Notes: generated by a model not told the origin, from the sequence alone. A stretch of 64,000 bases of DNA from Eledone cirrhosa (GCA_964016885.1 OZ024745.1:52886001-52950000); one strand, 5' to 3'; shown: positions 15,055 to 27,895, counted from the stretch's first letter. A program made the numbers and translations.

Positions 15055-15366
15055 ACTTTGATCACCTTGACCGACCAGTCTGTTGGGCACCATTCGGCGC
15101 CGCTGGTCACAGCACATGCTGTTTTAGCCATACGATGACGCCATGCCACTGCCTGGGCGGGCAGGCCGTAAGTCTAAAGTCTGTCTTAAGACAGAAGGCT
15201 CATTTGGCCTGTGCTTATCCAGGTTTCCTGGCGTGAAGCGACTGAGAGTACAAGACTCCACCCTGGACAGGGCGCCAGTCCATCGCAGGGTTAAACCTCC
15301 AGCTATTGCTGGTACTCATTTTCAGGTGAGTAAACTGGAGCAACGTGAAATAAAGTGTCTTGCTCA
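15055..15366 (-). mobile_element. SINE, head truncated by (TA)n
   Basis: ccagtccatcgcagggtt...gctggtactcattttcaggtgagtaaactggagcaacgtgaaataaagtgtcttgctca resembles a Nin/Deu-type SINE central domain in reverse. The gtgaaataaagtgtcttgctca segment recurs at 49130. Confidence 0.7.
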
Positions 15367-15405
15367 TATATATATATATGTATACATATATATATATATA
15401 TATAC

Positions 15406-15495
<90 letters not shown>

Positions 15496-15516
15496 TATGA
15501 AGAGAGACTGCTAGAT

Positions 15517-15606
15517 TCCTCGACTACGTAGTTTCGTGGCATAAACAAAAACAATATATCATAAAGATATAGAGTCCTTGCGAGGTCTGCCGACTTATCA
15601 AGAGGA
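15517..15606 (-). ncRNA. Type I hammerhead ribozyme, U3-A8 core variant (copy 1)
   Basis: Minus strand: tcctc-TTGATAA-gt(c)ggca-[long loop]-tgccac-GAAAC-tacgta-GTC-gagga. Confidence 0.7.
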
Positions 15607-16111
15607 TACCTCGTTTTACTAGTCTCAAGAACGCGTCTACACGACGTGAGAAAGAATCCCAAAAGGCCGAGGGGGAGATAGTCACGCGATATAACGGTCG
15701 AGAAACAGAGCTAAGCCTCTTATAACCCCGAAGAAAATACCACGGAGGCGGAGGGGGTATTTATATCGAGGCCGTAGAAGAGGTGGTGAAGAAGGCGAGA
15801 AGTATGAGTAATGGAAGCTTTCCAGCTGTCCCCACACTTCAAAGATTGCTCGACCAGAGGGAGTTATTAACAATATATTTAGAAACACACAGATACATGC
15901 GGACACACACATATATACATGAATGCATCCGCACCCAACTGTGAGTTAAGGGTGCCAACTTCACCGATGTTGCTCAATGAATGACTGGGACAGACCAATT
16001 CAGTTGAACTAGACTGAACCAGTATCAGAGTTAAAAATACATTATGAAGAGAGAAGAAACATTTAGATATAATTAGTAATAAAATGTATCATACCTAAAC
16101 TGCTCCTAGAT

Positions 16112-16201
16112 TCCTCGACTACGTAGTTTCGTGGCATAAACAAAAACAATATATCATAAAGATATAGAGTCCTTGCGAGGTCTGCCGACTTATCAAGAGG
16201 A
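16112..16201 (-). ncRNA. Type I hammerhead ribozyme, U3-A8 core variant (copy 2)
   Basis: Identical to 15517-15606. Confidence 0.7.
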
Positions 16202-16660
16202 TACCTCATTTTACTAGTCTCAAGAACGCGTCTACACGACGTGAGAAAGAATCCCAAAAGGCGGAGGGGGAGATAGTCACGCGATATAACGGTCGAGAAA
16301 CAGAGCTAAGCCTCTTATGATATATTGTTTTTCTTTATGCCACGAGGGATGGCGTGGGATGGCGTCATCGTATGGCTAAAACAGCATGTGATGTGACCAG
16401 CGGTGCTGAATGGCGCGAGACAGACTGGTCGGTCAAGGTGATCAAGGTGATATATATAATAGTCTATGCCTTCGAGTCATGACTGCATGTTCGATACCTG
16501 ACCTAGACTGCGCGTTGTGTCCCGTGTTCGAAGATAGGCGTTTATATGCCAAGTCACTGATCTCAAACTCTATCGGCTTTTAAGCACCATAAACAGTTCT
16601 CGTAGACAGCCTGTCTGAAACTCCTCAGATTCCTGATGATTCCTGAAACTCCTCAGATTC

Positions 16661-16785
16661 CTGATGATTTCTCAAGAATGAAACAGTTCTAGTCCTATAG
16701 AATCTCATCTGTATTAAAACTTTTATACTATGCTATGTATTGAGTACCTTACTTACTGTGGTTACCTCCGATTCAACCCGGAATA

Positions 16786-16788
<3 letters not shown>
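16661..16788 (+). mobile_element. Short (TA)n-associated repeat beginning with a 5'-truncated HHR-like motif
   Basis: CTGATGA-tttc(tcaa)gaat-GAAAC...GTC, then ATTAAA, TTGAGTAC and (TA)n. A closely similar copy is at 63775-63901 on the minus strand. Confidence 0.75.
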
Positions 16789-16853
<65 letters not shown>

Positions 16854-16895
16854 ATACATATATACTCATATATACACATGTATATATGAGTATAA

Positions 16896-16928
<33 letters not shown>

Positions 16929-19900
16929 TACACATGTATATATATATGCTTGTGATCTTTAATAATATTGCAATATGCATTTTTTTTATATTTTGATATA
17001 TATACAAGTTGTCAATTTCAAACAATAAAATATGTGAGAACGTGTATATATTATTTTCGTAATAATCTTCTGTGATCCCAATTTGATTTCGTATTGTCTT
17101 TTCTGGTCGAAAGGTCACGTCAATAACAATTTCCCTTTATAAGAAGCAATATTTAGCTTATTTGCAATATGGATGGCATATATATCTGTCAGTACAAATG
17201 ACAGCTATAATACTTCTGTAAGTAAAGATCTTATATGAAATGCATTCTTCCGTCGAAGTACTAACAAATAAATATTAAAACCAAGTGATATTTGCTGTTT
17301 TATGAATATCGTTTTTTTATGAAATAAAATAGTATTGCCGACATAAAAAGGGCAAATCAGAATTGAAAATTGATGTAAGGTAATCAATTATTTAATATAT
17401 ATCGACTTAACTGCGGCTCTACCAGATTGAGGTTATGAACCTAAAATGTATACAGCTTGTCATATGAGAAATAAATGTAGTTGTTGTTTACTATTCACAC
17501 AAAAAGGAAAACCTTCAAGTTTAGAATGCGTATAAGAAAGTTAAATGATCGATGATAAATTATGCTTGAAGACCTTTCAATTAAATCTGATAGTATTTCC
17601 ACGTACATTTCCTTGGTTTTCTTACGTGTAATGACAGTTTATTTCATTCCAATTTAATTCTGAACAAAGCAAACCAAATATAATTTTTAAAAATTGATTA
17701 AACACTTGCTAAATCTATATTTTTGCCCTCTAAATTTATATCAAACGCACACCATTAAACTAAAACTAATCACGTAATCTTTAGATAATCTTCTTTATTA
17801 AATCACAATTAATCTTCTTTGATTACACTATGTATCTCCTTATACAGTTTCTTTTAGATATTTCTTCTCTTCACTGCTAATGTTCACTAATACCTATTTC
17901 TGTTTAGGCAGACCTAATCTGCACGTTCAACATACGTTCAACTATAGAAAACTACATTTTTGTAATCCACATAAGATATGCTATGCAACTTAATTCAGAT
18001 TTCTCTGAATGAAAATCATAGCAAAAATATTAAAAAAATAGAAACATAAAGTACAGCGGATGACACCTTTGGGAAACTAATTTTCCGAGCATTATTCACC
18101 TAATGTTATAAGCTACATGGTTGTGATAAAGACAAATCAAATTTGCAAAAACTTTGAACAAAATACTTACTAGCAATAAATTATTCAGAAACAATAAGTA
18201 CAGTACTCATACTCGTTACTATAGTGAGCTGCGTCTCGGTATGGGTTGCCGAATACTGTCATGATATAATAAAATATAGTATGCTGAGCAGGATTTCTTT
18301 AGAAAGTGTATTATCCACCTATTATTTGGTTGATATTCCTATACTATAACGATAAATATTCTTCATATTTTCCAAACGTTCTGTCATGTCTGTACTACTG
18401 TTTGAATCGGTTTAAGTAGCCATAGCGGTTGCGATTGCGCTTTCGTGTTACGTCTATAATAATTTGGAATGACATTTAGCCTGAATTGATACCCTACTAC
18501 ACAAATACATTCTCGAATAATAAAAAATATTATTTTAACGTAACACATTTTAAAGTAGATGAAATAGTTTTAGGATAGATTATTATATATTTAATTGTTT
18601 TCTGTACATTATAGACCACACTTGTATATTGTATTCATTGCATGGTAGCATAACTTCCAGATGAATGCTTCCTGCATTTGACAAGTAATCAAATAAGGTA
18701 AATATGTACATCTCGTATCTTTGATACTCTAAATTTGATCAAAATCATATGTATAGTTAACAAGCAATTTCATATATCCGGAGTATAGAAATGGGGTGCC
18801 AGAAATATAATATAAAAAATAGGAAAATAGAATACGCAGATTGAAATTTTCTTTTGTTTGAGAAGATAATATTATGTAACGTATTTCGAATACGAAGTTG
18901 TAAGGACATTCTTGAATTAAAATATTAAGATTGAATGAATAACCCCTTGAACTTTGAACATTTAACATATGAAGATAGATAGAAGAAAATATGAAAAAGA
19001 TGGATATAAACACAGCATATATACAGGGGAGTTATGTGGAAATGGGGTCTATTGATTTTACAGATAATAATGGAACAAAACCACATGAAACAAAATGTTT
19101 TTGGCATGTGTATTTTGAAGGCAAACATAATAAAGAGGGAGGATAAATAATGGTGCAAGTTTGGTAATAAGATGCCACATTGTGAATCGAGAAAGTAGAA
19201 AACAACAATTCTTACGAAATAAAATGTTATCTTAAATCTCATGGAACCGAAAATATTTAAATGATAGGTTCATAGACTAAAATAAGGTGGTTTATTATCT
19301 TCCAAAGTAATCATGTTATAGAAGTAAATATTTTACAAAGTCACCCCTTTTCTCTCTTGTGTTTGGATTCTAAATATAGGCATAGCGCAAAATTGGCTTT
19401 GTAATTCGTTACATATTACCTATACATCAACGGATTGACATACGTGAAACCATGGTCTTGTATTTGTCATGCATATTTCTTGAGCCATCTTATTACCATT
19501 CATAAAATGCCAGAATAAATTACTCTACGTCTTTATAATACATCAAGTTCTCTCCCTGTCACTTCTCCTTTCCTTTCCCATTACAACACTCGTTTACTCT
19601 CCCTATCTCTCAATCTTTCAAGTATATGTGACAAAGATTTAAATGAGAACTCAATACATATAAATAGTTTTAATCTCTTGAGAATCTACATTTATCATCA
19701 TAGTGAGCATTACATTGCATTGCTTGTTTCACTCTCTAGTTAGATTAATACAGGGTGGCAGAAGTTTACGAAGTTACAAGTTCATATTTTTAAAACACCT
19801 AAATAGAGGATTGGTAGCATTGTTCTTCACTTGGAACTATACCATGTAATTAGGATAATTGTTAATCATATTTCATAGACAGAATTGTTTAATTATGTAT

Positions 19901-21174
19901 TATTATATTTCCATTACATACTGTTTCGTTATGTTCATTCAAGTATATATCAACATAACCCGACACGCATATGCACGACGTATTGGCTAAGTAGGGTATG
20001 TTTAAAGGAATATTATTTAACCGAGCTGAAATACTGCGTAATATAGTTAATGTAGTTAATTAAAATATATAAAAATTTTAAAATGAAAATATAAATATAA
20101 CGCGTTCCGTTTTAGACAACTCTCAAATGCCTTTTATGTAGTTAATTGAGTGTTTTAAGTTGTTATCAAATTAAGTATTATCAAATTAAAAATAAGACAA
20201 ATTATTTTTATACATACGGTTTTATGTCTATATGAATAAAGGTTTGCGTTATGGATAATTTTACAGTCATAAATTATTCCGTTACTCTAAGAATTTTTGG
20301 GAAAATATGAAAATTCCGCAACGCAAATGACTGTAATAATACCCGATCACAATAAATAAAGTTTGAGTAAATTGGGTAAAGTAAATATAGAGATGCAAAA
20401 ATTAGACAGAGGTGCCTATGACAAATTGAACAGCGTATCTCTATAATGAATTATATTATATATATTAAAGATATTTTGCAGGGTATTAAAACACAAACGT
20501 GGTTTAGGAATGTTTTTTTGATAATTAATTGAGTATGTGTGTTTGTGTGTGTGAGTTATTTAAGTGACAAATGCAGAATGTTTTGCACCATTTATTAAAA
20601 GACAATCATATGTAGCTCCATATATATGTTCAGGATCATTTTTGAACGGAGAATATGACTAACAAGAGACCGGAATTTAGTGATGAAGGCAGACAGTTTC
20701 AAGTAATTAAGAAAACTTTCCTGGGAAAGAATATTGTCTCTAGTTCGGAAGTGAGGTACACTTATGTACAAGTTTGGCGAGGTGAATGTTGCTTCATTAG
20801 CATACCTTTGAACTCCTTGACACTGAATGCGAACAAATATATTTAAGAGTTAACTAATTGGTTTGCTAAGTTCATTGGCCTATTTGAAATAAAAGAGAAA
20901 CATAATTAAAGGGGCTTATAGAATGAATTTGATTAAAATATCGATGAAATACTCAATGCAGCAAAAAGAGTTATAAATGATTAAAATTCCACTTACAAAA
21001 TCCAAAAGTCAATTCTTAGCAAATTTAAATTAGAGAAGCGAATAATTTCCAGATTTTAAAATAAATTAGTTTAACAAACAAAGCATTCAGCCCAGTTCTC
21101 TTAGTAAAGTAATGTATTTTGTTGACAATAGTGATTTTATCCAATACAATCATACATTTAAATTAATTTTACGT

Positions 21175-21302
<128 letters not shown>

Positions 21303-21610
21303 AAGGGAGTATAACTTGAACTTACTGCAGGTTCAACCGGGTGAGCACTCGATGTTTAGGTTCGCTTCTGTGTTCAGGTGTAGAACTATACAGAGTAATA
21401 ACAAGGTCGATTGTTTACTCCTACATTTATTGGTAGGTGACGTGCGTTTCGCCACAGATCAGCTCATGGTTCGATCTGTATCGATCTTTACCGACTCTAT
21501 AATCGGCAGCTCGACGGACCCTTTAAACCATGAGCTGATCAGTGGCGAAACGCGCGTCACCTACCAATAAATGTAATGAAAGAGTAACCAATCGTCTTTG
21601 TTAACCTTTC
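21303..21610. mobile_element. (TA)n-flanked element with inverted arms carrying the 3' half of an HHR and AATAAA (Penelope pLTR-like)
   Basis: Arms 21399-21471 and 21526-21603 are inverted. Each reads ATGA-gct(..)ggc-GAAAC-gc(g/a)c-GTC-acctacc-AATAAA. Confidence 0.65.
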
Positions 21611-21629
21611 AATATATATATATATATAA

Positions 21630-22252
21630 ATGTAAAAAATGAAATTTCATTTCTCACTCTTATTACGGCTGATACTTAAATATAAGTATGTATATGTACA
21701 TACATATATGTATACATATGTATATACATACATGCATATATATATATATATATATATGTGTACGTATGGGTTTCCCGAACATTTATTATAATGCTCGGTT
21801 TGTTTGTAAACAAACAGCCCGAATTATTAGCCGTACAGTGTCGGCAACAATCTTTGCCCTTTTGTTCAACACTAACTAAGGAACGATGAACTAGTTTCTA
21901 GCTTATTAGCTGTCATCAGCATCGTATACCTTCCTGTCAGTCGATTGAACGTTTGAAAGTATATACTTTCCTTATGCATATTAACGGCTGAGCAACCTAA
22001 TTAACATATCGAGTGAGTTAGTCGGCTGGGTGTACCGAAAACGATAAAGGGAAAAAATGAAATTGCATTTCTCACTCTTATTACGGCTGATACATAAATA
22101 TAAGTATGTATACGTACATACATATATGTATACATACGTACAGTAGTATGTATATATATACATACATGCACACATATATATATATGTGTACGTATGGGCT
22201 TACTGAACGTTTATTATAATGCTCGGTTTGTTTGTAAACAAACAGTCCGAAT

Positions 22253-22255
<3 letters not shown>
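21630..22255 (-). mobile_element. ~1.4 units of a ~425-bp HHR-containing repeat, relative of the 468-bp array
   Basis: Internal duplication (ctcactct at 21653 and 22071). Reverse-complement homology to 27060-27577 and 27841-29178. (TA)n on both sides. Confidence 0.85.
21883..21925 (-). ncRNA. Minimal type I hammerhead ribozyme
   Basis: Minus strand: acgatg-CTGATGA-c.agct(aata)agct.a-GAAA-ctag-TT-catcgt. Confidence 0.8.
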
Positions 22256-22286
<31 letters not shown>

Positions 22287-22288
22287 CC

Positions 22289-22352
<64 letters not shown>

Positions 22353-22365
22353 TAGAGAGAGAGAG

Positions 22366-22435
22366 AAGAAGAAGAAGAAGAAGAAGAAGATAAAGAAGAA
22401 GAAGAAGAAGAAGAAGAAGAAGAAGAAGAAGAAGA
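22366..22435. repeat. (GAA)n microsatellite
   Basis: Directly visible. Confidence 0.9.
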
Positions 22436-23199
22436 GAGAACGCGAAAGAAAGAGAAAGAGAGATGGACTCGTCCCCCCCCCCCCCCCTATGACATGCCGA
22501 GACACACTTCCGGATTTGTCAACAGAAATCTGATATTTCTAATATGATTAATAATGTTTGTTTTACCGAAGTTTAATGTATATATGTATTTTTGATTTTT
22601 CTATTACGAATATTTGTTTTCCTTTAGATTATCAAAATATCCCGAATGACAAAATGCTCTGTAATAAATAAAAATGGGTTTAAGTAAATATAATTTGCTT
22701 TAGGTCTTGCGTAAGGTTTCATATGATGAAATTACTCTCAAAAACACAATCAGATCAAAATTATTGTGATAAACTCGCAGTATAAAATATATTTTTGCCG
22801 GTGCACAACATTCTCTGTATTATCGAATAAGGAGGGTTTCCCAAAAGGAAAATAAGTACTGAATGGTATAATTAATTCAATACACGTCTTTAAAGCATTA
22901 CCAATCATGTTTCTTTATTTGCTTTTCGAGAAAAACTACAAACCCTTCATCTCAATTCTACTTTTGAAAAGCAGAACTGCGAAACTGGTAAAGGAACCAA
23001 ATAAATATATATTTAAAAAAAAAAGACTCCAGTGGCACTTTCGATTTCATCTTTTTTTCCTTATAATTTCACTCGTGTAGGACACCTCGTTTTTTTTTCA
23101 TTTTGTTAAAAAACCTCACTTTCTAATATATATATCTTATCTTATATATAAAGTGAAGTTGGGCGTTGTTTGTTTGTTTGGTGTCCCGAACTTGCAGGC

Positions 23200-23550
23200 T
23201 ACACCGTTCATCCGATTTTCATGAAACCTGACATATATATAAAACTCGACGCGTAGATTGGAATAGGCTGCTTGCAATTGGGCCCCCCAGAAGCCAAAAG
23301 TCGATATTTTCAAAATTCGACCGATTTCGATGAAACTCGAGGCAACTGTGTACTTTGATCCGGGGATGAACGTGGGCTACAGTAAATTTTCAAAAATTCG
23401 ATAATTGGATCACCAGAAGCAAAAATCGATATTTACGAAATTTGTCCGATTCCAATGAAATTTGACGTAGGTATGTATTTTGATATTTTGATGCGGGGAT
23501 CAACATGGGGTACTTGCAAATTTCAAAGACCCGAGAATCGGACCCCAGAG
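23200..23550 (+). repeat. Three diverged ~110-125-bp subrepeats
   Basis: ccgatt..atgaaa motif recurs at about 23212, 23321 and 23447. Confidence 0.7.
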
Positions 23551-23839
23551 TCAAAATTCCGGCAACCCCAAAACGTTATTCTTCTTGCTTCTATTTGTCG
23601 CGACTCCCGCCATGCAAAATACGTTCAATCTATTAGGATTATCCACCGTAAGTCTCTTTAAATTAACGCTCACCATATTCAACAAACCTTTTTATGCCGA
23701 TTCTTCCATTTCTTATATAAGGACTATCAAGACTATACCGCCGCGCATCATCCTGTGTTGCGCCCAGTCTTCTAAAGCGATCAACGAGCCTCCATGCACT
23801 CTCTTCCTTCCCGTGGTCCCACTACCGTAGCATAATGAG

Positions 23840-25500
23840 GCATCCGTCAACCCCTCCCCTCTCCCTTCTCTGCACGCCGTCGACCCACTGCATCGTTGTG
23901 CATCACCATGCGCATCTCTGCACTGTCAGACGCAATTCATTCCGCGGTCCTTTCGATTGCCTGCCCTCCGTGGTCCCTAAGGACTGCCACAGCTGAACAT
24001 GCCGAATCCCTGCCACCGTCCACCCCTGCTCATTTCCATTGCCTACACTACGGGAGAGCTCAAGACTTCCATGCCTGACCAAGCCGCATCCCTGCTATCG
24101 TCAACCCCTGCCCTCTCCCTTCCCTGTACGCCGCCGTCCCACTGCATCGTCATGCTTCACCATGCCGCATTACTGCCCTGTCGACCACCAGCCCCTCCTC
24201 AGCCCTTTATTTTGCCTGCCCACCGTGCTCCTTCAAGACTGCCATGCCTAACCAAGCCGCATCCATGCCACCATCAAGTCCTGCCCTCTCCCTTCCCTGC
24301 ACGCCCACGTCCCATTTCATCGTCATGCCTCACCATGCCGCAGCCATGATCTGTCAGCCGTCATACCCTCCCCTGCTCTCTCCCTTGCCCGCACGCCTTG
24401 GTCCTTCACGAGTGCCATGGCTCACCATGCGGAATCCCTGCAACCGTCAATCCCGGCCATATCCCTTCCCTGCACGCCGTCGACCCACTACATCGTTAGG
24501 CCTCACCATGCTGCATCCATGATCTGTCAGCCGACATCCCCTCCTCAGCCCTTTATTTTGCCTGCCCGCCGTGCTCCTTCAAGACTGCCATGCCTAACCA
24601 AGCCGCATCCCTGCCACCGTCAACCCTGCCCTCTCCCTTGCCCGCACGCCATGGTCCCTCACGACTGCCATGGCTCACTATGCGGCATTCCTGCCCTGTC
24701 AGCAACTTGCTCAAATGTCATCAGCATGGTTTATTCCTGCGCCGCACAGAACCGCCCATTATCTCAAACCAAAGACAGCACCGAACATGAAGACGATCTT
24801 GTATAAGTCTTTTTACATTCATTTTGACCTTATTTAAAAAAATTAAACAAAAATGTATCCCTTTCTCCTCCAAAACCTACCGATCATGTATGGCCGATAA
24901 ACATCCTGCCTTGCACCCAGTTTTCTCAAACAATCATCGTGCCCCCCGGTGCTCTCTACATTCCCGAGGTGCAACTCAATTGGCATGCCACATTCACGCC
25001 CTGTCAGCCGCTATGCACCCTGCCCTTTCGTCATGCCTCATCATGTTGCATCCCTGCCCTGTCAGCCTCCATCCACTCCCCGACCCTTTCCACTGCCTAG
25101 GCATGGCAGTCTTGCTGACCAAGTCGCATCCCTGCCACCGTCAACCCCTGCCCTCTCCGTTCCCTACACGCTGTCGTCCCACTACATTGTCATGTATCAC
25201 CATGCCGCATCAATGCTCTGTCAGCCGCCATCCCCTCCTCGGCCCTTTCTTTTTCCTGCCCGCAGTGCTCCTTCAAGACTGCCATGGCTCAACATGCGGC
25301 ATCCTTGCCAGCGTCCACACCTGCCCTCATCCTTGCCTGCTGGCCGTCGTCCCACTGCATCGTCATGCGTCAGGATGCAGCATCCATGCACTGTCAGCCA
25401 CCATCCCCTCCTCGGCCCTTTCTTTTGCCTGACCGCCGTGCTCCTTCAAGACTCCCATGGCTACCTATGCCGCATCAATTCATTGCCATCCGCTTAAACG
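23840..25500 (+). repeat. C-rich diverged minisatellite, ~173-bp unit
   Basis: caagactgccatg..accaagccgcatcc-type motif recurs at ~24061, 24235, 24408 and 24581. The MPNQAAS ORF starts at 24244 and 24590 are 346 bp apart. Confidence 0.85.
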
Positions 25501-27059
25501 TCATCAGCATGGCTTACTGTTGCCCCATTTGACCACCGATTTTCGCAGGCTAAATACAATACTAACGTGCACGATAATCCATAGTAAATCTTTTTAATTA
25601 CATGTTCATCATGCAAATCAAAGGATGAATATCAACTCTTTCATTTCTCCTGACATGCCTTTCTGTCAATTATGGCCGAGAAGCATCCTGTGTAGCATCG
25701 CGTCTTCTCAAGCGATCAGCGTGCCTTCCACTGTCCTCACAATTGACTCACAACGCCGCATCTATTCCCTGCGACGCCCCTAAACATCATCAGCATGGCT
25801 TATTTTTCTGCCGCGTTTAACCGGCCCTCATTCTAGGCCATAAACAAGAAAACCGCACGATGATGCTGCGTAAGTCTATTTAAATTAATGGTCAAAATGT
25901 TCAGCAAAACAATTGTACCAACTCTTCCTCTTCACCTCCAAGGCCTATCCATTACATCTTAGAGGTTGGGATTCGCAATTTCTACGATTTCAATATGGAC
26001 ACAACAGTCCGTCAGGTTTTTCGGCACATGTTGTTCCGATAGGAATATCAACGTGATTTTCACTTAATTCGTAAGTGTTCAGTCTTCCCTATGCTTTTAT
26101 TTGTTATTGATACAACACCGACTAGAATCATCTAACTTCAGTTTGTAGATTAGACACGAATCACAAGGAAAATAATCCTCTGAAATACAACCCCACCAAA
26201 TTCTTTGGTCTACCTAGATTTCAATGGCTATATCCTTTGCTTTTGTACGGTTGTACATTTGACAATGTAGCAAATCATTATTCCACTTGATTCTTACTTT
26301 TCAGCTATGAATTGGGCAGTGCCTTAAAATCTCGGTTTATTTGCGTGCAGTTTTTGGGTATCTTATGAATAGAGAATCGAAAACCCTTTTTCTCATAACC
26401 TGATACATGCGTTACACATGCTCCATGGATGTTTGTGGACTATTTTTTCAAAATACCAATATCACAGATTGGAGCACAAAAAGAAACGTTTGTTCTTCAT
26501 TTATTTCGGTTAAAGCTTCCTGCTGGAATTTAGCGCAGACCCGTTTAAATTCAGCGCCTTATAACCCAGAGTGTAACCGGGTACACCAGCTAGAAAGACA
26601 AATGGAAACATTGTTTCCTCGGTCCGATTTGACGAAAGTCGATATAGTTTCACAACAAATTAACAAACCATACTTGAAGACACGTTGAGGCTGTTGCAAA
26701 GGGCAATAACCTTAAACACAATTTTGATCAACTTTTTTTCACCTATAGCAAATTTACCGAGACAGGTTTTTAGCTACTCAAATCTACTTCAGAGGTCACG
26801 CATTCATGTAAAAAATCAATAAAACTGAAGCGGGATTCGACTTTGCGCAAAAAACAAGGCAGAGTTGCACATGGGACAACTTTTTACAGGAACGACCGAT
26901 TTTCTTGAAAACTATCGCAAAAGACTCGCCATTATGCCGCGGTTCAGATAAACTCCCTTTTATTTCTTATTCTGCACATCTGAGCGCCAAAATTGTAAAA
27001 AGAAAAAAACTGTGAAAAAAATCGATTTTTTTTTTTTCTCTTTAAAATCGATTTTTTCT

Positions 27060-27577
27060 TTAAAAATACATATATGTAAGTATGCACGCATATATATATA
27101 CATACTACTGTACGTCTGTATACATATATGTATGTACGTGTACATACTTATATTTAAGTAACAGCCGTACTAAGAGTGGGAAATGAAATTTCGTTTCATT
27201 TTTTCCGTTTATCGTTTTCGGTGCACCGGGCCGATTAACCCACTCCACTCGATATGCAAATTGGGCTACTCAGCCGTTAATATGCATAAGGTAAGTATAT
27301 ACGTTCAACAATCTGACAGGAAGGTATACGTTGCTGACGATAGCTAATGGGCTTGAAACTAGTACAGCGTTCCTTTGTCAGTGTTGAACAAACGAGCAAC
27401 GATGGTTGCTGGACACTACGGCTTAATACGGGATGATTGTTTACAAACACACCGAGCATTATAATAAATGTTCGGTGAATTCATACGTACATATATGTAT
27501 GTGTGCATGTATGTATATATATATACATACTACTGTACGTCTCTATACATATATGTATGTACGTGTACATACTTACA
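27060..27577 (+). mobile_element. ~1.2 units of the ~425-bp HHR-containing repeat
   Basis: catactactgtacgtct recurs at 27101 and 27526. Homologous to 21630-22255 (inverted) and to the 468-bp array. Confidence 0.85.
27328..27370 (+). ncRNA. Minimal type I hammerhead ribozyme
   Basis: acgttg-CTGACGA-t.agct(aatg)ggct.t-GAAA-ctag-TA-cagcgt. Confidence 0.75.
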
Positions 27578-27616
27578 TATATATATATATTTAGTCCAGA
27601 ATATATATATATATTT

Positions 27617-27754
27617 TAGTCCAGAATTAGCCGTCGAAACTTCTTGAGCTCAGCCGTCGGGGTCCTACTCGTTCCTATTACCCACTCTACTACCCTAAGT
27701 ATTGAGTACTTTGGTGCGTTATGGTCCACCTGGTTCCTTACCACATTTCCTCCG

Positions 27755-27756
<2 letters not shown>
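27617..27756 (+). mobile_element. Second copy of the 13330 repeat family, ending at (TA)n
   Basis: Shares ctctactaccctaagtattgagtact.tggtgcgttatggtcca.ctggttccttaccac with the reverse complement of 13345-13401. Confidence 0.75.
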
Positions 27757-27832
<76 letters not shown>

Positions 27833-27895
27833 CGGAGGAAATTTTCATAAGGAAAGTATATACTTTCGAACGTTCAACTATCTGGCAGATGGGTA

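Larger units (their letters stand above)
15511..16315 (-). mobile_element. Partial tandem element: ~210-bp direct repeats 595 bp apart, each with an HHR (pLTR- or retrozyme-like)
   Basis: 15511-15720 and 16106-16315 differ at only 2 positions that I could see. Each contains an HHR. The unit has a TATAAATA on the minus strand (~15758-15765) and abuts (TA)n. Confidence 0.7.
14831..16626. repeat. Local inverted duplication, arms 14831-15149 and 16354-16626
   Basis: Arms align as reverse complements with about 5-10% mismatches by eye. The right arm lacks 46 nt that lie between two GGACAC repeats in the left arm. Confidence 0.9.
23135..26593 (+). mobile_element. Non-autonomous Helitron-like element with internal tandem repeats
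   Basis: 5' TC start (tcttatatataaagtgaagttg followed by gttt repeats). 3' imperfect hairpin acccagagtgtaaccgggt followed by CTAG at 26590-26593. No Rep/helicase ORF. The base after CTAG is A, not the canonical T. Confidence 0.65.

Noticed and set aside
18200-18485. Candidate minus-strand exon after a ttcag acceptor
   Set aside because: All three frames contain stops and there is no other supporting exon.
23896-25532. Pro/His/Cys-rich ORFs up to 202 aa
   Set aside because: Open in several overlapping frames because the C-rich 173-bp repeat lacks stops. The unit length is not a multiple of 3.
24700-25800. CTGATGA on the minus strand three times (tcatcagcatgg)
   Set aside because: No downstream stem II-GAAA-UH arrangement, so not hammerheads.
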